A DNA stretch of 63,081 nt, the filler included, from Nemertoderma westbladi (Eukaryota > Animalia > Xenacoelomorpha), in NCBI GenBank assembly GCA_032718475.1. It is 3 parts of 3 records of this genome, joined end to end, with 100 filler letters (N's around TTAATTAATTAA, not from the genome) between each part and the next. Parts side by side here need not be neighbours in the genome. Positions count along the whole stretch, not along the records: positions 1 to 22,578 come from JAUCBJ010005527.1; 2 more parts are not named here. One strand, given 5' to 3'. Under the pieces are notes generated by a model. That model was given only the letters and a program-made list of their open reading frames with translations, did no database searches and had not been told where the DNA came from. Positions 1-13,200 of this stretch are shown piece by piece. The translations under genes were made by a program, and so were the position numbers. Every line of letters begins with the position of its first letter. Position 1 is the stretch's first letter.

Positions 1-275
1 CTGTTAGTCAAAAGTACCGCCATTGACTAAATGTTAGTTAATAGTATCCCAATTGACTAAATGTTAGTTAATAGTACCGCCATTAACTAAATGTTAGTCA
101 AAAATACCGCCATTGACTAAATGTTAGTTAATAGTATCCCAATTGACTAAATGTTAGTTAATAGTATCCCCATTGACTAAATGTTAGTTAATAGTATCCC
201 CATTGACTAAATGTTAGTTAATAGTATCCCCATTGACTAAATGTTAGTTAATAGTATCCCCATTGACTAAATGTT
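1..275. repeat. 30-bp tandem repeat (CATTGACTAAATGTTAGTTAATAGTATCCC), ~9 copies, truncated by window start
   Basis: 30-bp periodicity directly visible. Confidence 0.95.
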
Positions 276-473
276 TGAAAAGTCAAAAAAAAGCTTGGAA
301 GAAAGCTGCTCAAAACAAAGCTCGTAAAAAGTCCAAAAAAAACGTTCCGAAAACCGCACATAAAAATGTAACACGGAAACGGGCCTTACGATGTTGCATA
401 TTGCTAAGGTATTAGTTATTTCTTGTTACTTCGTCAAATAAATTATGTAATTAATTAGTATGTAATCAAGTAT

Positions 474-1190
474 ACTACTACTAGGATCGGCATGCTGCAT
501 TGCAGCTGCACTTTTTAAGAATGCTGTGCCGGCTTGTCGACAAAATTGCGCCGCCGCATCTCCCTTTATCACCCATGATATTTGCTAAATCACCCGCATC
601 TTCAAGGCCTGTGTCCTTTAAGATGCGTCTCAAGAAAGTCATGGACTGTCCACCATGCTTATTAACTCCATGAGGCTGCCAAAGCATAAGATTATGTCCT
701 ATTAAAGCAATGTCCTGCAAAAAGGAGGCGGCTTTGTTCTAGTGTCAAGCTTGGGGGAACCAATGAGACACCTCCAATGTTACATAGTGTCTGGTTGGAG
801 ATGTGTGCATTGTACTTGACACAGTGAACCCGGCGTAGCATTCTTGTGAATGTGCCATCCAGAGATTTGGTTCCTCAGCAGTTAGAGCCCAGCATGGACT
901 CCCATAGAGGAGTACTGGAACTACTGCTGCTCTAAATAATCGGACCTTAAGTTTCCGATTAATTCTGGGTGACTTCCAAATCCTGGAAAGCCTATTCAAG
1001 GCTGCCCATGCCTTTCCCTTACGTATTTGAAGGTCCTCACCTGACTTCCGGATCCATGTTCCCAGGTAACAGAAGTGGTCCACATGCTCAAGCATACCAT
1101 CCTTTGAGCTAATGCTCATCCGGTCAGAGACTTGCTGATGACTTTCAAAGTTAACTGTCAACATTTGGTCTTTTTGGAGTTAATAACTCT
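474..1190 (-). mobile_element. 5'-truncated RTE-like LINE copy with (TAG)n tail
   Basis: ORFs 745-1164 and 481-720 encode RT C-terminal motifs ([34 protein letters not shown]) with frameshift and small deletion; near-identical to copies at 25906, 51562, 57906, 62660. Confidence 0.9.
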
Positions 1191-1258
1191 GTAGAAATAT
1201 TGAAATAATTTACTAGCATAATCTATAACGGAACAGTTTATTCATCTATTATCCAATT

Positions 1259-2572
1259 ATGAAATATTTGAGTTGTTTGATAATTTCGATTGGTTGTTAT
1301 TTATTGCCAGTCTCAGCATTATCTCGATCGGACCGCGATGATATTCTACAGAGACATAACAGGTACAGGCAACAACTTCCCGGAGAGATGGCCAATGATA
1401 GAACGCTTCCTGAACCAAATCGGCGGCTCAAACCTCTTGTGAGTCTACTGTAGCTACAATTAATAATCAGGCAATAGAAACATAATCAATCAACCAAATA
1501 AACAAACAAGCGGACCCCAAATGACAATTATCATTAAGAAGTTTGATTTGGAGTGGAGATTGACACAATAGCGGAATAGCCTATGGCTGTTAATTTGAAG
1601 TTTCCTTAATTAATTAAGGCCGCTGCGAGGTCAAGCGGGTTCACATTTGGACTCCTTTTCCCATATAGTAGAGTAACGTTATTTCTGTAATAATTATTAT
1701 TGTATCGCTTATTGATATTCGTTTTAGAAATGGAACAATGCGATAGCTTCTAAAGCTCAGCGGTTAGCCAATACCTGTCGGTTCGATCATGAAACGCATT
1801 TCTATAAAGGAAATCAAATGGGGCAAAATCTTTTCGCTTGTAAGCAAATCCGCCATTAATACGTTTCAATTACTGTACTGTAGTACTGAAGTTGGATGGT
1901 GCTTTTACTGTAGATAGATATATTTATTTATCACAATAATAATACAAAATAACGTTTTGAGCAGTTTTATTTTTGGGAGTATTCAGCTGTTATTTACAGA
2001 GCGTATGTGTTACTTAATACCTACGCACGTGACGACTGACTAACACGTGTTACCCCCCCCCCCCCCCCCCCACTTTCACAAATAGAGCTGATACCTCTAT
2101 TATTGAAATCAGTTTAAAAGTTCAGTCAGTTCATAAATTATTGCAGAAATCTTCAATGCATTGCAACAATGAAAATCTGTGTTTTAGGTTGGCCAGGAGG
2201 AAATTGCTTGGATAGTGTTACTGATGTTGTAGACAGCTGGTACAGTGAGGTGGAATTCTTCAGGTGGCGTCCGATATCATGGAACAGTCGGGATTATTGC
2301 AAAGCGGGTGAACAGTGTGGCCATTTCACACAGGTATGTTCATACAAACAAACAATAGGTCAGTAAAATTGAGATAAATTTAGATAAAAATCGCTTTTGA
2401 TCTTTAAGTTAAAAAAATATAAATTCCTATTATATTTTATTTTCAGATAATTTGGGATAAAACTAGAGAGGTAGGATGTGGAATAAAGGACTGTCGAGAT
2501 AAAACGCTTGTTGTTTGCGACTACTACCCTGGTGGAAACATGGTCGGCTATTACCCTTACAAAAAAAACTAA
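1259..2572 (+). CDS. Secreted CAP/SCP (PR-1/GLIPR/CRISP-like) protein, 4 exons, 187 aa
   Basis: Exons 1259-1438, 1728-1839, 2188-2333, 2447-2572; GT-AG introns with matching phases; signal-peptide-like N-terminus; motifs HNRYR, W..A...A..C.FDH, GQNLF, WYSE, CGHFTQIIW, VGCG, VVCDYYPGGN. Confidence 0.92.
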
Positions 2573-4287
2573 GTAGTTGTATAAATATAATGAATTATTG
2601 GTGAGGTGATGGGTTAATAACTTGCATTGTTGTTATATTACTTATTGTTTATTTGTGTTAAGATTATCTCGTTAAGGCAAATATAATAGAATATTTTTTT
2701 TATCATAGCTGCCGACAAGTATGCGACTTGCATTAGGTGCAACAACATTTGCAACAAAACTTGCTCTGGAATGTATCATAGGGCCTATTATTATTAATAG
2801 TAAAATTGTGTCATTATTACTCAATCACCGCAATTCGGTCACGTGACATATTTGGAGGAAGTTTAGATTCCAGTCTCCTTATTAGGTGAGTCCGCTAACT
2901 TTTATTTTTGCTTTCAATCTTTAGCTAGAAGCGTATGGACAGAGTCTATCCTTCGATATGGCATCAATTCCAAGGCAGTTATTCATCTGTATTCTGTGAT
3001 TCATTACTACGGATTTAAAATTAGCCCACATGATTCCAATTCCGTAAAAAATAAACATTAATTTTGAAAAATGTAAAGATATGTATGTAATCAATTAACT
3101 GCGGCAGTATCACTGATGCAATATCGATTGAGACTCTTTATGCAAAATAATGAAAGCGGAAAAACAGAAACCCAAATTATCTGGGGGTCAAGCTATCTCT
3201 ATATCACACTCAATGATAACTTTTATCCAAAGTTGTAACGTTATAAACCGACTTCTAATGAATAACGAATTATGGTACTTTTGTTGTTAACAAAAGGTTT
3301 AATTATTCTTCTTGAAATTCTTCAAAGTTTAAAAGTGAAATCACATATTATCAAAGTAGTGAAAGTTGCATCTACTATTAAAAACTTTCAGCAACTCTGT
3401 GAGAGGTTATTGCTATTGGACGTTTTATCGTTTGCAGTTGCCTCATACAAGAACTTCTAGAACACAGTATTTGTTCAAATACATTAATTTATTAATAATA
3501 ACATTATACGATTTGGTTGCTGAGGTTACCGCGGAAACCGTGTCAGAGCATTTATATTTTCAGTTTTAACAAAGTAACTCGTTTAGACTTGTAAATTAAA
3601 CATTAGATAGTTATGATAGTGTATACAGTTGCCATGTCCTGGATGTGCATGCTCTGAATACTCTATATAACAACTAGATTTTAAATAAAAGGCTTTCAGT
3701 AATGTTAAATTTTTTAAATAAAATCCCATTGGGATGTTAGTTGTTCTTCTCTTGTAGTAGGGGATTGTCAAATTTATAGGATATTTTTAAAACGCTCTGC
3801 AAATACCGCATTGTTGATTTTTTTTCCTTTATGAAAAAAAAAATATCCAATATAATCATAATACATGTTATATAATAAAAACAGAATACAAACTCATAAA
3901 AATATATAGGCTGCCTAATATAATAATAATGTAATAATTAATTAACGACTACAATATTTACACAACACTTTTATATGAATGAGTTAAGAAGCACCAAAAT
4001 GGCTTAAACAAACATTTAGTTACACTGTATCCTTGGATACTGAGAGAGAGTTTACATCATGTATGGTTGGTTGATACGTAATAAAAACTGCGTTTAATTA
4101 AAAGCTATTCAAATATAATACATATATTAAATTTAAACTACTTCGTGAGACATATAAAAAGTAGTTCCATTAAACGTATATATATAATATATATTGCGGA
4201 TTGTTCTAAAAATTATTGGAGCTTTGGCTTTGTGTCATCTTGTAACACTTTCCGTAAGTTTAACTTCAGCGCGTTCCTGAGATTTAT

Positions 4288-7200
4288 TTATTTACTTTCG
4301 TCTTTATCCTTTGCGGTATCCTCGTTTTCATCGTGTAGGCTCTTCGCTTCATCTACATAACCAAAAACATACCAGCTAATAATGCTAATAATGCGCTAAT
4401 AATGCTAATAATGTGCGTGCAGTCCTTGTAACAATCAAATGAATATGGAATATGTGACAAAATAATAAATATACGTGACATTTCAAAAGATGCATATGGC
4501 GAAAAAACAAAATATTTAGCAGAAATTGATACGCCAAATTATACACATTTTTTCAACATGTCGTCAATGTAAAATATGTTGGCATAATAAAATAGGCATA
4601 GGGGCCTATTAATTGTACGCTTGAAATGTAAATTTAATTTACCGGCAATTAACATTATGCAAGAAAAATCGCCCGCACAACTCTAGTCTAACCTAAGATA
4701 TGCAGAAAGAAAATTAGCAAGATTACTTAATGTGGAAACATATCAAACAAACCCCAACTCTCACCGAGAGGATTAGTTGCATCAGCAGCAGCTACCGACG
4801 TTTCCGGGGGGTCGACGAATTCATCTGGGGTCTCCTGATCAACCTCGTCAACAACATCACCTACATCCGCTACTTCTGTCGATTTCTGCGAATGCTCTGA
4901 CACGTCCAGCGTCCGCATATCTTTTACTGACGCCGTTTTATGCACTGGGACATCGACTGTTGATGATTTCTGAGAATCTTCTGGTGACGCCGCAACCTGC
5001 AAACCCTCTACTGCACCGCTATCAACTGTTGAACCAGAACTTTTCCGTTTAGAGACAGATTTCGATGATAAAGACTTTACGCTGATTTGACTCAATGTTT
5101 TAGAGGTTGCAGAAACTTTCTCGGAAGATATCTTTCCGGTTGTAGAGGTTCTCCTAGACGAGTTACTATAAGGACGATTTGACTTGGATCCCACTGACGC
5201 TGGCAATGACTGTTTCCGCGTTGGTTGTTTCGGGACATTCATTGGAGAGGAGCAGATAGCTGAGCTAAGTTGATCTTCTTGGTTAGAATAAAACAGTAAA
5301 GTGTTAGGGGGTATTAGTTTAGTTAGTGTAGTTAGGTTAGTGACAAATAAATGAAACGATGGGCATAAGTATTAATTCCTATACAACAAAACAATTCTAA
5401 ATATATAAAATGAATGCGGAAATGGGTTAATTTCAAACTCTTATAATATACATAAAAAACAATCAAAGATTATAGTCACTCATATATTATATTCAACTTA
5501 CCTTCTTTGGGTTTATCGTCTATATCATCTGAATCTTTTGTTTCTTCTGCTCCTTCCGGTGTGGCCTCTGGCTCCTCAGCCTTTGTTTCACCCTCCGATT
5601 CTCCCGCCTTCACCTCCCCTTCTATCGTCTCCTCGGGCTTTCCTTCAGCCTCCTTTTCCTCTTCGCCTTCCTCGGGTTTGGGACTTTCCTTTCCTTCATC
5701 ACCTTCTGCCACTTCAGCCTCCTTGGCACTGGATATTGATTTCTTCTCAGCCTCTTCACCATGTTCACTCGCAGGTTTGGAACCAGAAGGCGTAGCTCTG
5801 GCTTCAGTTTCATCCTTCTGTTCAGTCTACAGTAACAATAAAAATACTTAATGGAATTTTGAGTAAAAAGCAAAAACATTCAAAAAATTGTATAATGTTC
5901 AATAGCAGAAAGTTACTGAGATTGATTAATTTATTTATTTTACGAAAACTAAAATTGAGTTTGTTTTAAATGCCTTTTATCGCTTAATCATTGCAAAATT
6001 ATTGTCAAAATTTATATAATTAAAAATATGTGTTGTGTTGTAATATTACATCAATCCTATAACTACAGACTGAAGCTAATAAAATTAATTACAACAATAA
6101 ATTAAAATAAGATAAAATAAATTCAATGAGAAAGTCGGCGTTTACCCTGTTTATCCTATAAGTTAAGTTCACTTCATCACTTTCTGTTATTTATTTACTT
6201 TATAAAACTTTGTAATTTTACTTTACTTTATTGTCACTTTTCTGTGTTTTTACCTTCTTTCACCTCACTACCACACAATTACCTGCTCTTCTTCGGTTTT
6301 TTCTACTTCATCTTCAACTTTATCAGTCTCCTCAGCAACGCCCCCTTCTTCACCTTCCTTCTCTTTACCCTCAGTCTCGGCATCTTCTACGTCTTCCGCC
6401 AACTGATCTTCTTCTGCAGACACAAAAAAAAACGCTTAAGCTTTTAGTTTAAGGATAAAAATGAGACCACACCATTTCGCAATTGTAAATTACTCATTAT
6501 TTTTTATATAATTGAATAACTAACCATCTTGTTCATCAACAATCGGACCACCAAATATAAGTTTTATTTTTGCTTGGGCTTCTTCTTCAGAGGCAGCCCT
6601 ATGGATTGCGTTGTGAAGTTTATCCTGAGCATATAGAGCCCGTAATCTGTAAAAAAACAGTGTTAAATCGCGTGGTGATCGGTGCGGGGGAACACTAAAT
6701 ACTAATACCGTAGGCAAACTGAAGGCTCCACTCTCTTGGAAGTTACCTGTAAGGTAGGTCGGGCACTACACTAACTCCCAATGGCAAACACTCTAAGTAT
6801 CAAACACTTTCTCCACCCCCCCCCCCCCCCCCCCCCATCATACAGTATGTCTGATTCCTAAAGCTGAATGGGCTGATGTGTCCGTTTATGGATATTGGAT
6901 TACTTGCGCGCATAATCAATGACAAATACTACAAGAAGTAAACGGGAATCTAAATCCTTGTAGTCGTACTGCAGGATAATACAGCAGAGTAACAACGACA
7001 ATTTGACCATGGTATAAGAATCATATATGTTGAAATAACTTACGAAGACGGGGCGTTCTCCTTAGCCTCTTCCGGATCAGTGGGACCCACCAGATCTTTG
7101 ATTCCAGCTACCGCGTCGTAACGTGTTAGAACCATAAACAATGTATTTCCGCTACTCATATAATCTGTAAGATCTTCCGCAAATTCTTTCCCCTCGTGCT

Positions 7201-10200
7201 CCTTGTAAAGCTCACTAGCAACTTCTTTTGTTATCTGATCTTCCCTTTGTACTGCGATGTGGAATCCAGCCTCTTTAATTTTTGAAAGTATTTCCTCTAA
7301 AAATACAGAATTAATAAAAGGCAATTTTTACATTGGTAGACTGCAGACTGCCTCAGGAAGCAAGAAATGTTTTACGGAAACTATAAAAATTTAACACCCC
7401 AGGTGTGATTTAAGGACTTATTTAAATGCTGTCCTAACACGAGCCGAGCAATTATCTAAGAAAAATTGTTGAGGACCCCCCCCCCCCCCCCCCCCCCCCC
7501 ACTCTCTTAGACGAGTAATTGTGTCAACGCTACCAATGTTTGTGTAACTCACCCTTATGGGCCAACCCATCTGGTTTCAAGGCTACCAATGTTTGTGTAA
7601 CTCACCCTTATGAGCCAACCCATCTGGTTCCAACGCTACCAATGTTTGTGTAACTCACCCTTATGAGCCAACCCATCTGGTTTCAAGGCTACCAATGTTT
7701 GTGTAACTCACCCTTATGAGCCAACCCATCTGGTTTGAAGGCTACCAATGTTTGTGTAACTCACCCTTATGAGCCAACCCATCTGGTTTCAAGGCTACCA
7801 ATGTTTGTGTAACTCACCCTTATGAGCCAACCCATCTGGTTTCAAGGCTACCAATGTTTGTGTAACTCACCCTTATGAGCCAACCCATCTGGTTTCAAGG
7901 CTACCAATGTTTGTGTAACTCACCCTTATGAGCCAACCCATCTGGTTTCAAGGCTACCAATGTTTGTGTAACTCACCCTTATGAGCCAACCCATCTGGTT
8001 TGAAGGCTACCAATGTTTGTGTAACTCACCCTTATGAGCCAACCCATCTGGTTTCAAGGCTACCAATGTTTGTGTAACTCACCCTTATGAGCCAACCCAT
8101 CTGGTTTCAAGACAACCAATGTTTGTGTAGCTCACCCTTATGAGCCAACCCATCTGGTTTCAAGGCTACCAATGTTTGTGTAACTCACCCTTATGAGCCA
8201 ACCCATCTGGTTTCAAGACAACCAATGTTTGTGTAACTCACCCTTATGAGCCAACCCATCTGGTTTCAAGGCTACCAATGTTTGTGTAACTCACCCTTAT
8301 GAGCCAACCCATCTGGTTTCAAGACAACCAATGTTTGTGTAACTCACCCTTATGAGCCAACCCATCTGGTTTCAAGGCTACCAATGTTTGTGTAACTCAC
8401 CCTTATGAGCCAACCCATCTGGTTTCAAGGCTACCAATGTTTGTGTAACTCACCCTTATGAGCCAACCCATCTGGTTTCAAGGCTACCAATGTTTGTGTA
8501 ACTCACCCTTATGAGCCAACCCATCTGGTTTCAAGACAACCAATGTTTGTGTAACTCACCCTTATGAGCCAACCCATCTGGTTTCAAGGCTACCAATGTT
8601 TGTGTAACTCACCCTTATGAGCCAACCCATCTGGTTTCAAGGCTACCAATGTTTGTGTAACTCACCCTTATGAGCCAACCCATCTGGTTTCAAGGCTACC
8701 AATGTTTGTGTAACTCACCCTTATGAGCCAACCCATCTGGTTTCAAGGCTAACAATGTTTGTGTAACTCACCCTTATGAGCCAACCCATCTGGTTTCAAA
8801 GCTACCAATGTTTGTGTAACTCACCCTTATGAGCCAACCCACCTGGTTTCAAGGCTAACAATGTTTGTGTAACTCACCCTTATGAGCCAACCCATCTGGT
8901 TTCAAAGCTACCAATGTTTGTGTAACTCACCCTTATGAGCCAACCCATCTGGTTTCAAGGCTACCAATGTTTGTATAACTCACCCTTATGAGCCAACCCA
9001 TCTGGTTTCAAGGCTACCAATGTTTGTGTAACTCACCCTTATGAGCCAACCCATCTGGTTTCAAGGCTACCAATGTTTGTGTAACTCACCCTTATGAGCC
9101 AACCCATCTGGTTTCAAGGCTACCAATGATTGTGTATCTCACCCTTATGAGCCAACCCATCTGGTTTCAAGGCTACCAATGTTTGTGTAACTCACCCTTA
9201 TGAGCCAACCCATCTGGTTTCAAGGCTACCAATGTTTGTGTAACTCACCCTTATGAGCCAACCCATCTGGTTTCAAGGCTAGCAATGTTTGCTCCTTCGG
9301 GAAAAACATTTCAATTTCTTCCTCGGCCGTATCAGGCGAATCCGAACCGTGTAAAGGATTAATAATGTCAGCGTCCGCCGCGAATGTAGCGCGCAAACTG
9401 AAACATATTGAATAATACATTCCCAATTACACGGGAAATATAAACTAATTGTTATTTACAAGCTGTCCCGAGATCTCTACCACGGATCTCTTTATGTGTT
9501 CCGAATCTTAATCTAGGCAATGAGATAGTTTTTTTTACTTTCTTGAAATTGCATGTTTTGTATAAAAATATGTATAGCGGTGGTGTGAATTCCTATTTAT
9601 AAAAAAATCTTATAGTTATCCGAAACCGAAACTATTCGATTATTGGATTAAAAAGTCTGCCTATTTTCTCTCCATAACAACGGATACGCTACAAACCGCT
9701 CACCATACCCCTCTCCATAGCAACGGATATCCGACCAACCTCTCAGGAGCGTCCTCCTTAGCAACGGGCACCTCTTTCGGACCCAACATATCCCTCCAAT
9801 GGTCGATCGCGTTCGATCGAGCCAAACACAGCGCCATCATTGGTCCTTTAGTCATCCCGTCGATGAGATCTTCAAAGTAGTCCTGACCCTCGTGTTGGCG
9901 GTAGAATTGAATGGCTTGTTCCCGGGTTAATTCCATCTCTTTTGCCATGGCAACCTCGAATCCAGCCTCCTCTATTCTTTCAAATATTTCATCTGTTTAA
10001 AATGAAAAGAAGCAAAACAATAAAAAACTATATACCAATACAATTTCTGGTCTATTTCGTTACAATAAGCTGTTAAAAATCGTCTATTTGACAATATTTA
10101 GACACCTCAGTCGGCCTTTTTTCATCTTTATAATGTAATCTAGATATCAAGAGAACCGCCTTCATCTGTAGATTACTAATCTGAAAACCGTCTTAAATTT

Positions 10201-13200
10201 CACAAAAAATAGCCAAAGATCAACATACTACTTCTTGTGTTTTTTACTCAATTAAATTAGGCTAATGAAGAAACAATGGAGAATTTTAAAAGTTCAACTA
10301 AATAATAATTAATATTCTAGAATAACAAAAAATATTATAATTTAAATATCTTTGGCAATTTTTGGTGTGAAGGCGGTTCTAATGATATCTGAATTACATC
10401 ATCAAGACGAAAAATGATGACATTCCAAAGACTAAAGCCAACAGAGATAGTTAAATATTGATAAGAGGGCGTTTTTTAACAGCTTGTTGTATCGAAATAG
10501 CTCAGAAATTGAAAAATCCGGCTCTGCCAGCAGTAAGGAAAGTTGTCGAACTATCATCATAACAAATTTCGTACCTACTTCCCATCAATATCACTACTGT
10601 CTGTGCCTTTGGGTTAGGGAGCAGATTAAATAGAAGGGGAGGAACTGTCCCCCTTTCCTGATTTATTGGCGGTTTTGATAAATTTCTCAAATATTACAGA
10701 TTTTGTGGTAGAATTGAGGTTGAAATTAAAGAGGCAAATGAGTCACATTTCTAGAAAAATATCACGTAGGAAAACAACTAATACGAAATACTTAATACTA
10801 ACGACAAACTCTGACAAATATTAAATGAAATAATTTTCGTTGCCAAATTGCGCCAATAAAACATCCTTTTCGAACATCCTTTAATAAATGTCCACATTAT
10901 ATTAAAGGAGTCAAGCCAATTGAAACTGAAACTAACCTTTATGTTCACGCAGTCCGACCGGACGCCAACTGAAACTAACCTTCATGTTCCCGCAGTCCGA
11001 CCGGACGCCAAATGAAACTGAAACTAACCTTTATGTTCACGCAGTCCGACCGGACGCCAACTGAAACTGAAACTAACCTTCATGTTCACGCAGTCCGACC
11101 GGACGCCAAATGAAACTGAAACTAACCTTTATGTTCACGCAGTCCGACCGGACGCCAACTGAAACTAACCTTCATGTTCCCGCAGTCCGACCGGACGCCA
11201 ACTGAAACTGAAACTAACCTTTATGTTCCCGCAGTGCGTCCGGACGCCAACTGAAACTGAAACTAACCTTTATGTTCCCGCAGTCCGACCGGACGCCAAC
11301 TGAAACTGAAACTAACCTCTATGTTCCCGCAGTCCGACCGGACGCCAACTGAAACTGAAACTAACCTTTATGTTCCCGCAGTCCGACCGGACGCCAACTG
11401 AAACTGAAACTAACCTCTATGTTCCCGCAGTCCGACCGGACGCCAACTGAAACTGAAACTAACCTTTATGTTCCCGCAGAGCGTCCGGACGGATTAGGGC
11501 CAACGTCCTTTGGATCGGTTGCTCCTCGATCGGTATCTCAGGTTGCTCCATGTACGTCGGAACTTCGAATTCCGGATAGAAAAACGCGAGTTCCCTAGGA
11601 GAATAGAGATCAAACTTAATAACATTTATGTTATTATTTACTAAAATCATTCACGAGATTGAATAATGTGCAAAAAGAAGACCTAGGTGGTTCGGGGTAT
11701 ATACTAACTAAATAAACCCAGAGAGAAAGTGAGATGCAGACCACCCAAAACAACCAAGTACTTACAATCTATTAATTAGTTTAAAGACAAATTTATAAAA
11801 GATGACCTACAAATACCAGCGTTACAAACACAAACCTCGCCGCTGCGTCCTGCGATATGCTGCCATGTATCGCGTTCATTAACGTTTCGGTACCGAACGT
11901 TGCTCTAATACTGTCCGGGTTCGCCTCTTTAGCTAATTCGGGATCCTTCGGACCCATTATCTCTCGTAACATACCCACAGAGGCCTCCCCCGTGGAACCA
12001 CGACTCACCACCAACACTACCGAGGGACCCGAACACATAAACTCCACCAAACTGTCGTAATATTCCTAAAAGTTCAGTGTAAATAATTAGTTGAATAAAT
12101 TATTAACTTAATATTAAATTAATTGAAGTCTAAAATCACCTTAAATCGGTTAGGTAGAATAATAATAAACGATGTAAAAAAAAGTAAACAAATAAATAGG
12201 AATACTACAACAATAGGTTGCATTGATAGAATCAATGAGATCATCTGAAGGTAGTCGAGTCATCTTATATTTACTAATAATAATAATATTAATAATAAGA
12301 TTTTCTTCATAATTGAAATTTTCTTTCCCCGGAGGCTGCGTTAAAGGGTGATATTACAGTGTAAAATTATAGGTCATTCGGTCATAGACAAGTTACCATG
12401 ACACCTACCTCCTCTGCGTGGGATGTATAAAAGGTTCTTGCTTGGTCCTCATTCATTGTAATTTCTTCTCTTTGTAATATTTCAAATCCTTCCTCTGTGA
12501 GTCTATCAATAATATCGTCGGTGTGACCTGCAGCAACCACGTCTGGAATATGATAATATAATTTATTTAATTCCAATGAAAATACAACGAAGTTTTATAC
12601 ATCACATTAATATACTAATTAATGTGATAATACATTAATATACTAATTAATGTGATAATACATTAATATACACAGTACAAAATGTCTACCAACCTGGTTT
12701 TAATATACACACAGTACAAAATGTCTACCAATCTGGTTTTAATATAGAAACAGTACAAAATGTCTACCAATCTGGTTTCAATATAGAAACAGTACAAAAT
12801 GTTTACCAATCTGGTTTTAATATACACACAGTACAAAATGTCTACCAATCTGCTTTTAATATAGAAACAGTACAAAATGTCTACCAATCTGGTTTTAATA
12901 TACACACAGTACAAAATGTCTACCAATCTGGTTTTAATATAGAAACAGTACAAAATGTCTACCAATCTGGTTTTAATATACACACAGTACAAAATGTCTA
13001 CCAACCTGGTTTTAATATACACACAGTACAAAATGGCTACCAACCTGGTTTTAATATACACACAGTATAAAATGTCTACCAACCTGGTTTTAATATACAC
13101 ACAGTACAAAATGTCTACCAACCTGGTTTTAATATAGAAATAGTACAAAATGTCTACCAATCTGGTTTTATTAATATACACACAGTACAAAATGTCTACC

